This document shows positions 18,358 through 27,687 of a stretch of 64,000 nucleotides of DNA, piece after piece. Under the pieces are notes generated by a model. That model ran no database searches. It was not told the origin of the DNA and saw nothing but the letters and a program-made list of their open reading frames with translations. The DNA comes from an uncultured Candidatus Micrarchaeota archaeon (GTDB lineage: Archaea > Micrarchaeota > Micrarchaeia > Burarchaeales > Fermentimicrarchaeaceae): assembly GCA_963760615.1 (NCBI GenBank), contig CAVXDX010000008.1, positions 32,001 through 96,000 on the forward strand. Direction: 5' to 3'. The position numbers and the translations under genes are program-made. The first letter of the stretch is position 1; each line of letters opens with the position of its first letter.

Positions 18358-19500
18358 ATGGATAGAAAAATAGACCAACCAGAAGTTAGGTTTATAATTA
18401 AGCTAGTTTTTATTACTGGGCTTATTGGTCTTTTTAGCATTGCCATACCCTTTGTTCTTCTCGCTAACTATGCAAATTTTTCTGCACTAGTCGACTCACT
18501 TCGTTTGAATGGTTTACTGGTAGAAGCCACTTCACTAGTTAATAATCAAAATTATGGAAGTATCGTGCTAGCCTTTTTCTTAGCAATAGCTACTGGTTAC
18601 GTATACGTCTTAGTTGACTCTTCAAGCAAAAATTACTACATAGTATCAGAACCTGATCAAGAAAGAGAGTTTGGGATAATACTCACAATCTTTCGTCTCC
18701 TTAACTATATACTACCTCTTATCATTGTGGTGTATGCCCTTCTATCAGTAAATCATTATCTAAGTGGGCATCTGATAATTCAATTATTATTGGGCGTAGT
18801 AACGTTTTTTGTGATTTTTTTAGGTTCATTTTATCGACCTATTTTGGAAATACTTGTTTCTCTTCTATCTTACTTACCATATATCGGCAGACTGATTAAG
18901 TTTATTTGGGACATGAAGATACCTTTCATATTCATTATCGGTCTTATTATTCTCTTATTGCCCATAATACCCGTTTTGTTGAAAGAAAGTGTCATGCTAT
19001 TTCTTCTATTTATCTTTGGTGCGATAGTTATAGATATTGTAAAAGATATCGATGCCATTACAAGATCTTATAAAAGTTCAGAATTTTTCCTTATAAAAGA
19101 AAATAAGATCAAACTTGAAGGCAAAGGAACACAGGACTTTTGGTGGGACTTTCTCGCTAGATCTACTCTAGTAATTGTCTACCAAAGGGGCTTAGTGATG
19201 AGTGGTCTTATCTTTCTAGCTGCTGCTATAATCATGTTTTCAAATTTTCAAGGGTTCACCGTAGTAACACCGATTTATACACTTCTTGGTCTGGTTATTT
19301 GGTGCACCATTCTTCAAATGATGGCTATGCTACCTAAAAAGAAGGCGAGAATATGTTTTGTGGATAAACAGCCGCCAATGGATGTAATTATTATAGAAGA
19401 GAATTACAAGAATGGGTACATGTATGTACTACAAGAAGATAACAAGAGGCAAAAATTGTTGTTGCAGAATATCTCAAAAATTGAAGAAATTAACGATTGA
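18358..19500 (+). CDS. Hypothetical polytopic membrane protein
   Basis: 380 aa, about 8 hydrophobic segments, small C-terminal beta-rich domain; AT-rich. Confidence 0.8.
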   Translation: MDRKIDQPEVRFIIKLVFITGLIGLFSIAIPFVLLANYANFSALVDSLRLNGLLVEATSLVNNQNYGSIVLAFFLAIATGYVYVLVDSSSKNYYIVSEPDQEREFGIILTIFRLLNYILPLIIVVYALLSVNHYLSGHLIIQLLLGVVTFFVIFLGSFYRPILEILVSLLSYLPYIGRLIKFIWDMKIPFIFIIGLIILLLPIIPVLLKESVMLFLLFIFGAIVIDIVKDIDAITRSYKSSEFFLIKENKIKLEGKGTQDFWWDFLARSTLVIVYQRGLVMSGLIFLAAAIIMFSNFQGFTVVTPIYTLLGLVIWCTILQMMAMLPKKKARICFVDKQPPMDVIIIEENYKNGYMYVLQEDNKRQKLLLQNISKIEEIND

Positions 19501-19518
19501 CCATTACAATGTCGACTA

Positions 19519-20808
19519 CTAAATCCGATAGTATCTGCTGGTTTTGTCCACAAGTCTTTTTATGATTCTTTCTTGTTTCAATGAGAGCCGTCTATCATTT
19601 TCTATATAATCAAACATTGTTTGATAGAATCTTTTTTCCCATTCGGTAAGCAGGTTATAATCGATTCTATAAAGTTGAGTTAACAAAACCTCCTGGGGAG
19701 TCTTCGAAAGCCCCTCACCTACGTAATGTGTTTTGATCTCTTCTACACAACGCTCTATGTTATTAAATATCTCGGAGCCCGTAAATCTGAGAACAACGAA
19801 ACCCATTTTTTGTAACTCCCTGTCTATGTTTTTATCTCTAAATGCCTGCTCTTTAGTAGTTTGGTGGTACATATGTCCATCGCAATAAATTGCAATTGCT
19901 TTAGTATCATTTCCGATAAGCATATCTGGTTTTGTGATTATTCGGTCGTTGCTTTTCGTCTCAGGGAAACTTGGGGTAACAGGATAGTGTTGGACGAATG
20001 GAATGCTCTCCTCTACAAGTTTTTTGCAAAGAGGAACTTCTATTGGACTATCACAGTTTTTTTCAATATCCGATAATATACTGGTCATGTATAGCATTTT
20101 TTGTGCAGGTCTTATATCTATAACGAATTGTTTTTTTTGGTCTTGTTCGTGTTCTTTTTTTAGCTCATCAAAGTCAGTTTTTTTGGATATTGTACCAATC
20201 CTAGAGTAGAACGAGGTATAACCTCGTGCATTAAGAAGGTCATTTATCATCCTACTGAGGTATATATTGAGTACCATCTGGAACTGTGCATCATTGTAAA
20301 TCGGATAATCAATATCTTTCAGGGCTTGCAAGACAAACTCTTTTTTGAAACCCATCATAATAATCTCCATCTCGTCTATTTTGCCTGTTTTTATATCAAC
20401 CAGAATGTTGGTCCTAAATCGGAACAGATCAGTAGTTGCCAACTCTCCATCAATTTCCGAAAATAACGATGAAAAAGACTTATCACTCATTTTTATATTT
20501 TGTCTTGAAAAATAGAGATTGTAGCTTCTAAATTTATATGGTCCATAGGTGGTACTAAATGCTTGAATTTCATCGCTAGGTTTAGGAACTATGTACGCAT
20601 AATCCGGTAATTTTTCGATTTTCTTGATTAAAAAGTTTCTTCTATCCCTCTTTTTTAGGATTTCTTTGTGTGACTTGCCTAAGCAACATTTTTTATATTT
20701 TTTTCCGCTTCCGCACGGACAGGGATCATTCCGTCTGATACTCCTCTTTTTAATCCATTCCTCAATAAAATCTGCCATTTGTCTGGACATTCCGTCTAAC
20801 TCTGCCAT
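19519..20808 (-). CDS. SEC-C motif + DUF559/Vsr-like endonuclease domain protein
   Basis: RNDPCPCGSGKKYKKCC; KPDMLI...IYCDGHMYH...RDKNIDRELQKMGFVVLRFTGSEI. Confidence 0.8.
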   Translation of the reverse strand: MAELDGMSRQMADFIEEWIKKRSIRRNDPCPCGSGKKYKKCCLGKSHKEILKKRDRRNFLIKKIEKLPDYAYIVPKPSDEIQAFSTTYGPYKFRSYNLYFSRQNIKMSDKSFSSLFSEIDGELATTDLFRFRTNILVDIKTGKIDEMEIIMMGFKKEFVLQALKDIDYPIYNDAQFQMVLNIYLSRMINDLLNARGYTSFYSRIGTISKKTDFDELKKEHEQDQKKQFVIDIRPAQKMLYMTSILSDIEKNCDSPIEVPLCKKLVEESIPFVQHYPVTPSFPETKSNDRIITKPDMLIGNDTKAIAIYCDGHMYHQTTKEQAFRDKNIDRELQKMGFVVLRFTGSEIFNNIERCVEEIKTHYVGEGLSKTPQEVLLTQLYRIDYNLLTEWEKRFYQTMFDYIENDRRLSLKQERIIKRLVDKTSRYYRI

Positions 20809-20845
20809 ATCCTTCCCTTCATATGATAAAACATTATATCCGCCT

Positions 20846-21154
20846 TCAAAATTCCTTTCTTAGGTGATCAAACTCTTCGAATGATCTAAAGAATATAACC
20901 AGCGCCCCAATAATCGAAGCACTCTCTAATTCTGAAGATTCCAATTCGAATAGTACTAACCCTAGAAATTTCAAAACTACATATAAAATGATTATAACTC
21001 CGATGAACATCCCAGTCATAATCCCAAGTAAAGTGAGTATTTTATTAATTTTGATAAATTTTTTATAATTTTTATGTTTGAAAAAAATTTGCCATCCAAC
21101 GTATAGGACCGTAAGTACGACTCCAACTAAAATTGGTAGTATAACGTTAACCAT
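20846..21154 (-). CDS. Small 3-TM membrane protein
   Basis: 102 aa, three hydrophobic stretches; start 1 nt after the glycine-zipper peptide stop. Confidence 0.7.
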   Translation of the reverse strand: MVNVILPILVGVVLTVLYVGWQIFFKHKNYKKFIKINKILTLLGIMTGMFIGVIIILYVVLKFLGLVLFELESSELESASIIGALVIFFRSFEEFDHLRKEF

Positions 21155-21155
21155 G

Positions 21156-21290
21156 TCAGCGCCTTTTACTACTAGCAGCGATTAATGCTCCAATTAGTGC
21201 GCCAACTAGTGTACCCTCAGGACCTGCTTGCGAGCCGATTATACCGCCAAGAATTAAACCAGCAAATACCTCATCATCTTTGCTACTCAT
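21156..21290 (-). CDS. 44-aa glycine-zipper peptide, missed by ORF track
   Basis: MSSKDDEVFAGLILGGIIGSQAGPEGTLVGALIGALIAASSKRR; GxxxG repeats; coupled to downstream gene. Confidence 0.65.
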   Translation of the reverse strand: MSSKDDEVFAGLILGGIIGSQAGPEGTLVGALIGALIAASSKRR

Positions 21291-21397
21291 GTATACCAAC
21301 TACTAGTTAGTATGTTTAAGTATATAAATTTGTATAATGTATTACATTGTAAAGTCAAAGCAAGCTTAATATATCTCGCAATATTAAAATTGAGTCA

Positions 21398-22846
21398 ATG
21401 GTTTCTTTAACATTCTTCGGCGGGGTTAATGAGGTAGGGGGAAACAAGATACTCCTCAAGGACAGGAAAACCAAGCTATGGCTTGATTTCGGGATGAGCT
21501 TCTCCGGCTCGGCTGAGTTCTACTCTGATTTTCTCGGTCCCAAGAAGTGCAACGGTGTGGGGGATTACATCGAACTGGGGCTCGTCCCTGACATCAAAGG
21601 GCTTTACAGAGAGGATTACCTGAAGAAGATGGGAAGGAAGAAGGAGGAAAAGGAGTTTGACGGAATCCTGCTGTCCCATGCCCATATCGACCACATGGGG
21701 CATATTGATTTGGTGAGGCCCGATATCCCAGTATATTGTTCCCAGGGCTCAAAATGCATCATGGAAATGCTTGACACAACAAGCGGGGGGGAGTTCCTGA
21801 GGGAGAAGGTAAGCTTCTGCTTCGTCCCGAAGAAGAAGGGGGAGGGTTTGAAGCGCCTGGACAGTAGGGAGTCTGAGGGAATTGCCGAAAGAGCCATAAA
21901 AGTGGTTGAAAAGCCGTTTAAAGTCGGGGATTTGGAAGTCACGCCGATGTCTGTAGACCATTCTCTGCCGGGCGCATTGGCATTCGCAATAGAGACCAGT
22001 GAAGGTACGGTTGTTTACTCCGGGGATTTTAGGTTTCACGGACTTAATGAGAAGAAGACAAGGGAATTCGTTGAAAAGGCTGCCAAGTTTGAGCCGGTTG
22101 CATTTATCTGTGAGGGCACCAGGATTGACAGCAACAAGACAGAGACTGAGAGGGATGTGTACAACACAGTGACGAAGTTCTGCAAAGACTGTGAAGCTCT
22201 TATAATTGCAAACTACCCCCTTCGTGATACTGACAGGATGTCGACTTTCCTCAAGGCAGCTGAGGACCATGACAGGAAACTCGTTGTAAACCTTAAGCAG
22301 GCTTTCCTGCTTGATGCGTTTGAAAAGGCAGGGCAGGAGGCACCGAAGCTTGAGGATGTTTCTGTTTACATACCGCGCAAGTCCTGGGGCCTAGTAACTG
22401 AGGACGTGCATCCAGATTTGGTATACGGTGATTATGAAGCATGGGAGTGCCAGTTTGTTGATGCTGACAACTCCGTAACATGCGGGGAGCTCAGGGAAAA
22501 GCAGGATAGATACCTCTGGCACTGCGGTTTTTACGAGCTGAAGGAGCTTACTGATGTCAGACCTAAGAAGACAAGCAAGTACGTCTGGAGCGTCACCGAG
22601 CCGTTTGACGTGAAGATGGAGATGGACGAGAAGATAGTGATGAACTGGCTGGGGCACTACAACATAACTGAAATAGCCAGGTCGCATGTTTCCGGGCATG
22701 CAAACGGGCAGGATTTGAAGGAAACTGTTGATTTGATAAAGCCCCGGAAGCTGTTTGCGGTGCATACCGAGCATCCTGAGATGTTCAAGCTGGTGCATAG
22801 GGGAAGTGTAGAACTGGAGAGAGGAAAGGAATACGAGCTAGGGTGA
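21398..22846 (+). CDS. MBL-fold beta-CASP hydrolase (RNase J-like)
   Basis: GGVNEVGGN, SHAHIDH, VDHS, SGDFRFHG, HVSGHA, VHTEH. Confidence 0.88.
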   Translation: MVSLTFFGGVNEVGGNKILLKDRKTKLWLDFGMSFSGSAEFYSDFLGPKKCNGVGDYIELGLVPDIKGLYREDYLKKMGRKKEEKEFDGILLSHAHIDHMGHIDLVRPDIPVYCSQGSKCIMEMLDTTSGGEFLREKVSFCFVPKKKGEGLKRLDSRESEGIAERAIKVVEKPFKVGDLEVTPMSVDHSLPGALAFAIETSEGTVVYSGDFRFHGLNEKKTREFVEKAAKFEPVAFICEGTRIDSNKTETERDVYNTVTKFCKDCEALIIANYPLRDTDRMSTFLKAAEDHDRKLVVNLKQAFLLDAFEKAGQEAPKLEDVSVYIPRKSWGLVTEDVHPDLVYGDYEAWECQFVDADNSVTCGELREKQDRYLWHCGFYELKELTDVRPKKTSKYVWSVTEPFDVKMEMDEKIVMNWLGHYNITEIARSHVSGHANGQDLKETVDLIKPRKLFAVHTEHPEMFKLVHRGSVELERGKEYELG

Positions 22847-22913
22847 TGGAAAGAGAAGCGGGAGAGAAACTTAGTTAAATCTGAGGATGTAAGGGAATAT
22901 GCGCCGTATGTGA

Positions 22914-23807
22914 GTGTGTGAGGTGAACGTTCTGAAGAATAAATTAGTTTTTGGCGATGCTCAGAATATGAGCGAACTAGAGGACAAAAGCATTCACTTA
23001 GTTGTCACTTCACCACCTTATTTCAACGCCCCATTTGACTACCCTGATTTATTCGAGAGCTATGAAGCTTTTCTGAAGTTGATTAGTGCGGTGGCAAAAA
23101 ATCTGAAAAGAGTTCTAGATGACGGACGCATAGCGGCATTTGTTGTTGATGATACGCTTATTGATAGTCAAAAATACCCCGTTGTTGCGGACATAACAAA
23201 AATTTTCAAGGAGGAAGGATTCAAGTACCGTGAGAGAATTGTTTGGGTGAAGCCTGTGGGGTACATACGGATAAGCAGGAGAAGCGGAGTTTTACTTCAG
23301 CATCCTTATCCTATGTATTACTACCCGGATAACCTGCAAGAATCTATTCTGATATTTCAAAATGGTGATTTTGACTACAAAAAAATCCCCAAGGGGTTCA
23401 AGGAAGAATCCAAGATTGACCTTAAAGAGTATCAGAAAGAGAAATGGTATCTGAATGTGTGGAATATCACAAATGTATTGCCAGTAAATAACCGGTTAGA
23501 GAAGGGCATAGCTGCATTTCCGGATGAGATAGCGTATAGGCTGATAAAGCTCTTTTCTTTCAAAAGTGAAACTGTTCTAGACCCTTTCATGGGTTCTGGG
23601 ACTACTCTAAAGGTTGCTCTTGAACTTGGAAGACAGGCAGTAGGTTATGAGATTGACATTGAGCTTTTAGATACAGTAAAAGAGAAGCTAGGGCTTAAAC
23701 AGGCCAAGCTTCAGAATAATTTAGATTTTGAAGTAGTAGTCAGGGGCGATGTGAAGCATCTGAGAACCAAGTTACAAGGTAAAGTACCGAAAGGGAGAGG
23801 TAAGTAA
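22914..23807 (+). CDS. Beta-class N4-C/N6-A DNA methyltransferase
   Basis: VTSPPY (motif IV) before LDPFMGSGTT (motif I); start may be at 22965 (MSELED). Confidence 0.92.
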   Translation: MCEVNVLKNKLVFGDAQNMSELEDKSIHLVVTSPPYFNAPFDYPDLFESYEAFLKLISAVAKNLKRVLDDGRIAAFVVDDTLIDSQKYPVVADITKIFKEEGFKYRERIVWVKPVGYIRISRRSGVLLQHPYPMYYYPDNLQESILIFQNGDFDYKKIPKGFKEESKIDLKEYQKEKWYLNVWNITNVLPVNNRLEKGIAAFPDEIAYRLIKLFSFKSETVLDPFMGSGTTLKVALELGRQAVGYEIDIELLDTVKEKLGLKQAKLQNNLDFEVVVRGDVKHLRTKLQGKVPKGRGK

Positions 23808-24890
23808 ATGGAGATTTTTGCTGAGATAAAAAAGATGAAGTATACACCGTTATTATGTTCAAAGCTGGATACCTATGATTTTGGGCAGCTTGAAACCGCA
23901 TTAGAAAAAAGCACTAGTTTTATTTTGAGAATTGACGATAACAACAAACTTGCAGTAAGTCGATGGGTTTCTGCGAAAAGAACTAGGTCGTATCCTTATG
24001 AACGCGTCTATAATACTCTAGGTTTTACCGGTAAAAGAATTACAATAATTCCAGTAATTAAAGATGAAGGAAGAGGAGACAGGGACTTTTTACAGTGGGA
24101 TACCATCTCGCTGATGAGTCTTTTGGGAATTTATGTAATTATTGGCTATTATGTTGACGCTTCAGTTAATCCAAGAAAAGGGAATAAGATAACGGACCAA
24201 AGGTTTGACGTTGATTATATCAAAAGCGAGATACGCAGACTTCTTTCTTATTCTGATGCTTTTCACTGGAATATGGAACAGACAGAAAAGTTTCCTGAGC
24301 TTGCTAAAAAAGCATTGGCAGCTTATGAGAGGATAGGTAGTAAGCTAGGGATTAGAATGCACGCTGATGAGTCAAAAAGGATTTCTGAATTTATTGAAGC
24401 TAAAAATAATTTTATGATGAAGTCAAGAAAACGGGCTGAAGAAGCACAGAAAAGAGAGAGTGTGACAACTCAGCCTAAAGAGCATCTGGATGGGACAAAG
24501 GCTAGCATTACAATAAATAATTATCTAGGTGGTTACTACTTCTTCACCAGTGATGAAACTGAACTTACTCAAAATGAAGTTTATCTAATTGAGGGGAAAC
24601 ATACTAAAAATGGGTTGTTGCCATCCAAATTAGATATAAAAGACGGTTTGCTGAAGATGTTCTTATTCACCAATCTTGAAAATGTGAGAATAAACGGGCG
24701 TAATTATAAGCCCATTCCTGTTTTGAAACTTACTTCTAATAAATTTGATGAGTCTTTGCTGAAAGGAGAGGAGAAGCATATGTTTGAAACCCTGAAGAAA
24801 GAAGCGAAAATTAATGGATTTGAGTTGAGAATTAATAATGGGGAAGGCGGAAGTAAATCTGTTTCGGATTTAAGAAAATGGTTTAAGTGA
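23808..24890 (+). CDS. Putative type II restriction endonuclease
   Basis: Starts 1 nt after the MTase stop; PD-(D/E)xK-like TSDET...LIEGKH; family not named. Confidence 0.65.
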   Translation: MEIFAEIKKMKYTPLLCSKLDTYDFGQLETALEKSTSFILRIDDNNKLAVSRWVSAKRTRSYPYERVYNTLGFTGKRITIIPVIKDEGRGDRDFLQWDTISLMSLLGIYVIIGYYVDASVNPRKGNKITDQRFDVDYIKSEIRRLLSYSDAFHWNMEQTEKFPELAKKALAAYERIGSKLGIRMHADESKRISEFIEAKNNFMMKSRKRAEEAQKRESVTTQPKEHLDGTKASITINNYLGGYYFFTSDETELTQNEVYLIEGKHTKNGLLPSKLDIKDGLLKMFLFTNLENVRINGRNYKPIPVLKLTSNKFDESLLKGEEKHMFETLKKEAKINGFELRINNGEGGSKSVSDLRKWFK

Positions 24891-25813
24891 AGCAAATGGA
24901 AGAATTTAAGGTGCTTAAGGCATTATTGCCGGAAAATGGTAAAGATTTTCCAATTGGCAAAGGAGTCAATTGTATTTGCGGTAAGACTTTTGCTAGAACG
25001 GGTATTTGGTGGAAGGCAATTCTGCTTGTAAAGACAAAGTTTGGTAATGTAGAAAAATACCAGCTAAGACTTTATGGCTGGAGGAAGAATAAGGAAGGAG
25101 TCTATAAGAATAGGCAAAAATTTAATTTATCTGCTTCTAGGTATGTTAGTGATTTAATTGCAAGTTTACATACATTTATAGCAGAGTCAGGCAGAGAAGA
25201 TATTCTAGAAGAAATTGATGAACATATCAACTCACGTTTTGACCAAATAGAAAGAGAACAAAGACGCTTACAGAGACAGAGGGGCAAAGTTCCTGAGCTA
25301 GAAAAAAGTTTGAAAGAATTTGAAAAATTATTGAAAAAAGATAAAGTTACAGAGCCAGAGGTACATAAGTTCTTAAAAAAGAATACGTGGATGTTTGGTA
25401 CTAACTATAGCAAGATGTTCAAAAGTGAAAAAGTAATAACAATATGCAGCAGAAATGACTTTTTATTGAAGAGATTTGATGGATATTTTGATATTCTAGA
25501 GTTGAAGTCACCGAGATTTGAATTATTTGTAAGTGTAGGCAAAAAGAAAGCCCTTAGCAAAGAGTTAAAGGATTCTATATCACAGGTTATGGTTTATCTT
25601 GCAGAGGCTAGAACACATTATTTACCTATAAAAGACAAAGCAGAAGTAGATGTATTCCTTCCTGAAGGAATAATTGTTATTGGGCGCAGAAATGATGAGG
25701 ATAGAATTTTATTAAAAATCCATAACGAGTTTCTTAATAAAATCAAAATTTGGACTTATGACGATTTGCTGGATACTGCTAAAAAGACAATTGAGACTTA
25801 TAGAGGCAAATAG
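24887..25813 (+). CDS. sduA: Shedu (DUF4263) anti-phage nuclease
   Basis: EPEVHKFLKKNTWMFG, NDFLL...DILELKSP, ISQVMVYL, GIIVIGR, IKIWTYDDLL. Confidence 0.85.
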   Translation: MKQMEEFKVLKALLPENGKDFPIGKGVNCICGKTFARTGIWWKAILLVKTKFGNVEKYQLRLYGWRKNKEGVYKNRQKFNLSASRYVSDLIASLHTFIAESGREDILEEIDEHINSRFDQIEREQRRLQRQRGKVPELEKSLKEFEKLLKKDKVTEPEVHKFLKKNTWMFGTNYSKMFKSEKVITICSRNDFLLKRFDGYFDILELKSPRFELFVSVGKKKALSKELKDSISQVMVYLAEARTHYLPIKDKAEVDVFLPEGIIVIGRRNDEDRILLKIHNEFLNKIKIWTYDDLLDTAKKTIETYRGK

Positions 25814-26070
25814 GGTATAATATATCATTCTGAAAACGCTGTAAACGCTTCTCCTTCCGGCGTAGCCAGTCTGCTCCTGCAATTCTGAGAAAAAAAGCAG
25901 GAAAATGCAGGTTCTGAACCGGTTTAGCCCGGCTTCTCAGGAGTGCTGAGGCACTTCTGCCTGAGCAGAAGAGCCGGATTAAGCGTTTACCTCGGAGGAA
26001 TTTCAAAGTGAAAACGCTTCCCGCATGCTTCCGTCGTGCTGCTCTGGAAAAAGCCGAGCTTTTTCACTGA

Positions 26071-26142
26071 TTAGTTTACAAATTATACGAACTTAATCGT
26101 GAAGAAATTGAACTTGTTGAAAACTTTGGAAAAAGCATATGA
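26071..26142 (+). pseudogene. C-terminal remnant of a type IIG/Eco57I-like restriction-modification protein
   Basis: LVYKLYELNREEIELVENFGKSI*, preceded by in-frame TGA; matches the typical LVY-LY-L--EEI tail. Confidence 0.55.
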
Positions 26143-26237
26143 TGTCAGAGCTCACACAGTTCATTTCCGCAGAAATTAGCAGTTTCTGACCGTTAATCTT
26201 ATAATTGCTTGTTGTTATATTATTCGTGGTGAGTTGA

Positions 26238-27365
26238 GTGGGAGGCCTGTTTGATCGCGGTCGTTCGGCAAGCGAGTCGAGCATCATTACAAGGGAGGAA
26301 GTGTTAATGCCGGAGTACTTTCCCTCCGAGCTGCTGCACCGCGAGGCTGAAATGCAGGAAATCGCAGAAGCGGTAAAGCCCTTGATTGAAGGGCGGCACG
26401 CGGACAACTTGTTCGTTCACGGCGACAGCGGAACCGGAAAGACGACTTGCGTGAAGCACGTTTTGAATGAATTGGAGGAACACACTTCCAGGGTAAAGAC
26501 TGTTTACGCCAACTGCTGGGAGTACTCGACAAGAATGGCGGTTTATTCTCTAATCGTGCACGCATTAAAGGAAATACTGCCTCGCAGGGGTTTGGCAACG
26601 GACGAAGTTTTTGACCGGATTCAGGAGGTAATGCAGAAAGGCGGAGTACGCATCCTCATAGTCTTGGACGAGTTGGACGGCTTGTTTTTCCACAACGAGG
26701 AAAAGCTGCTTTACGAGTTATCGAGGGCGGGCGGAGGAAAGCCTTTCTTTGGGATTATTGGAATTTCCAACAACCCTTACTTGCTGGTCAACAAGGACGT
26801 GCGAATCAAAAGCTCGCTCCACCTTACCGAACTCGAATTCAAGCACTACAACCGCGAGCAAATGGTCTCAATCGTGGCAGAGCGCGCCAAAGCGGGCCTT
26901 TTGCCCGGCTCGTGGGGTAAAGAAGTGATTGAAGCTTGTGCCGTAAAGGCCGTTGCGCGAAAGAGCAACGTTCGCGTCGGTCTGGAACTCCTATGGAAAG
27001 CCGCAAAGCGTGCCGACAAGCAGGATAGGAAAGCCATTTCGGTTGAAGATGTGGAGACGGTGGACGGAAAGAGCCCATACGAATCGAAAGCCAAGCCAGT
27101 GGAAGAGTGCAGTTTCGAAATCCGCTCAAAAAGCCTGAGCGAGGAGGAAAAGCTGATTCTCGAGATCCTGAAAGGCGGGGAAAAACAGTCTTCCGAGCTT
27201 TACCTGGCGTTCTGCAAGAAGCTGACCCGCACCAAGAGGCAGATCAGGAACTACCTCAAGGCTCTGGAAGCCAAGAAACTGATAATTATCGAGGAAGTGG
27301 AGGGAAGCAATCCGATGCTCAAAACGAAGAAGATTCGGTTGAGTTGGGAAGGGGTGAAAAAATGA
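26238..27365 (+). CDS. cdc6: Orc1/Cdc6-family replication initiator
   Basis: LLHREAEM, GDSGTGKT, VYANCW, VLDELD, sensor-2 SNVRVGL, C-terminal winged helix. Confidence 0.9.
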   Translation: MGGLFDRGRSASESSIITREEVLMPEYFPSELLHREAEMQEIAEAVKPLIEGRHADNLFVHGDSGTGKTTCVKHVLNELEEHTSRVKTVYANCWEYSTRMAVYSLIVHALKEILPRRGLATDEVFDRIQEVMQKGGVRILIVLDELDGLFFHNEEKLLYELSRAGGGKPFFGIIGISNNPYLLVNKDVRIKSSLHLTELEFKHYNREQMVSIVAERAKAGLLPGSWGKEVIEACAVKAVARKSNVRVGLELLWKAAKRADKQDRKAISVEDVETVDGKSPYESKAKPVEECSFEIRSKSLSEEEKLILEILKGGEKQSSELYLAFCKKLTRTKRQIRNYLKALEAKKLIIIEEVEGSNPMLKTKKIRLSWEGVKK

Positions 27366-27541
27366 AAGGTGAAAAGATGCTATCAAGAAACAGCGTACGC
27401 GTGTTCCTCAAGCAGAACGGCAAGAGGATCGCAAGCGACACTTTTGCGCAGCTCGACCAGGAAGTCAAAGAAATGTTGCTGAAAGCCGTTAAAAGATCCG
27501 GGGCAAACCACCGCTCTACAGTGATGCCGCAGGACCTGTGA
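27362..27541 (+). CDS. 59-aa histone-fold protein with truncated alpha3
   Basis: MKGEKMLSRNSVRVFLKQNGKRIASDTFAQLDQEVKEMLLKAVKRSGANHRSTVMPQDL; RxTVxxxD motif; ATGA overlap with cdc6. Confidence 0.75.
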   Translation: MKGEKMLSRNSVRVFLKQNGKRIASDTFAQLDQEVKEMLLKAVKRSGANHRSTVMPQDL

Positions 27542-27687
27542 GCCAATTCCAATTGTTTTCTAACTGTGGGCAACCAGAACGCCGATTTTTGCTTTTCTGC
27601 CTTGTTTTTTGACAATTGCGATTCCCAATTGTTTCAATGTTCCAGGTCTCAGAACCCTGTTTTTCGCTAGAATAACTCCACAATTAA

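Noticed and set aside
23808-24890. Assigning a named restriction enzyme or recognition site
   Set aside because: The family could not be identified reliably by eye; it needs a REBASE search or methylome data.
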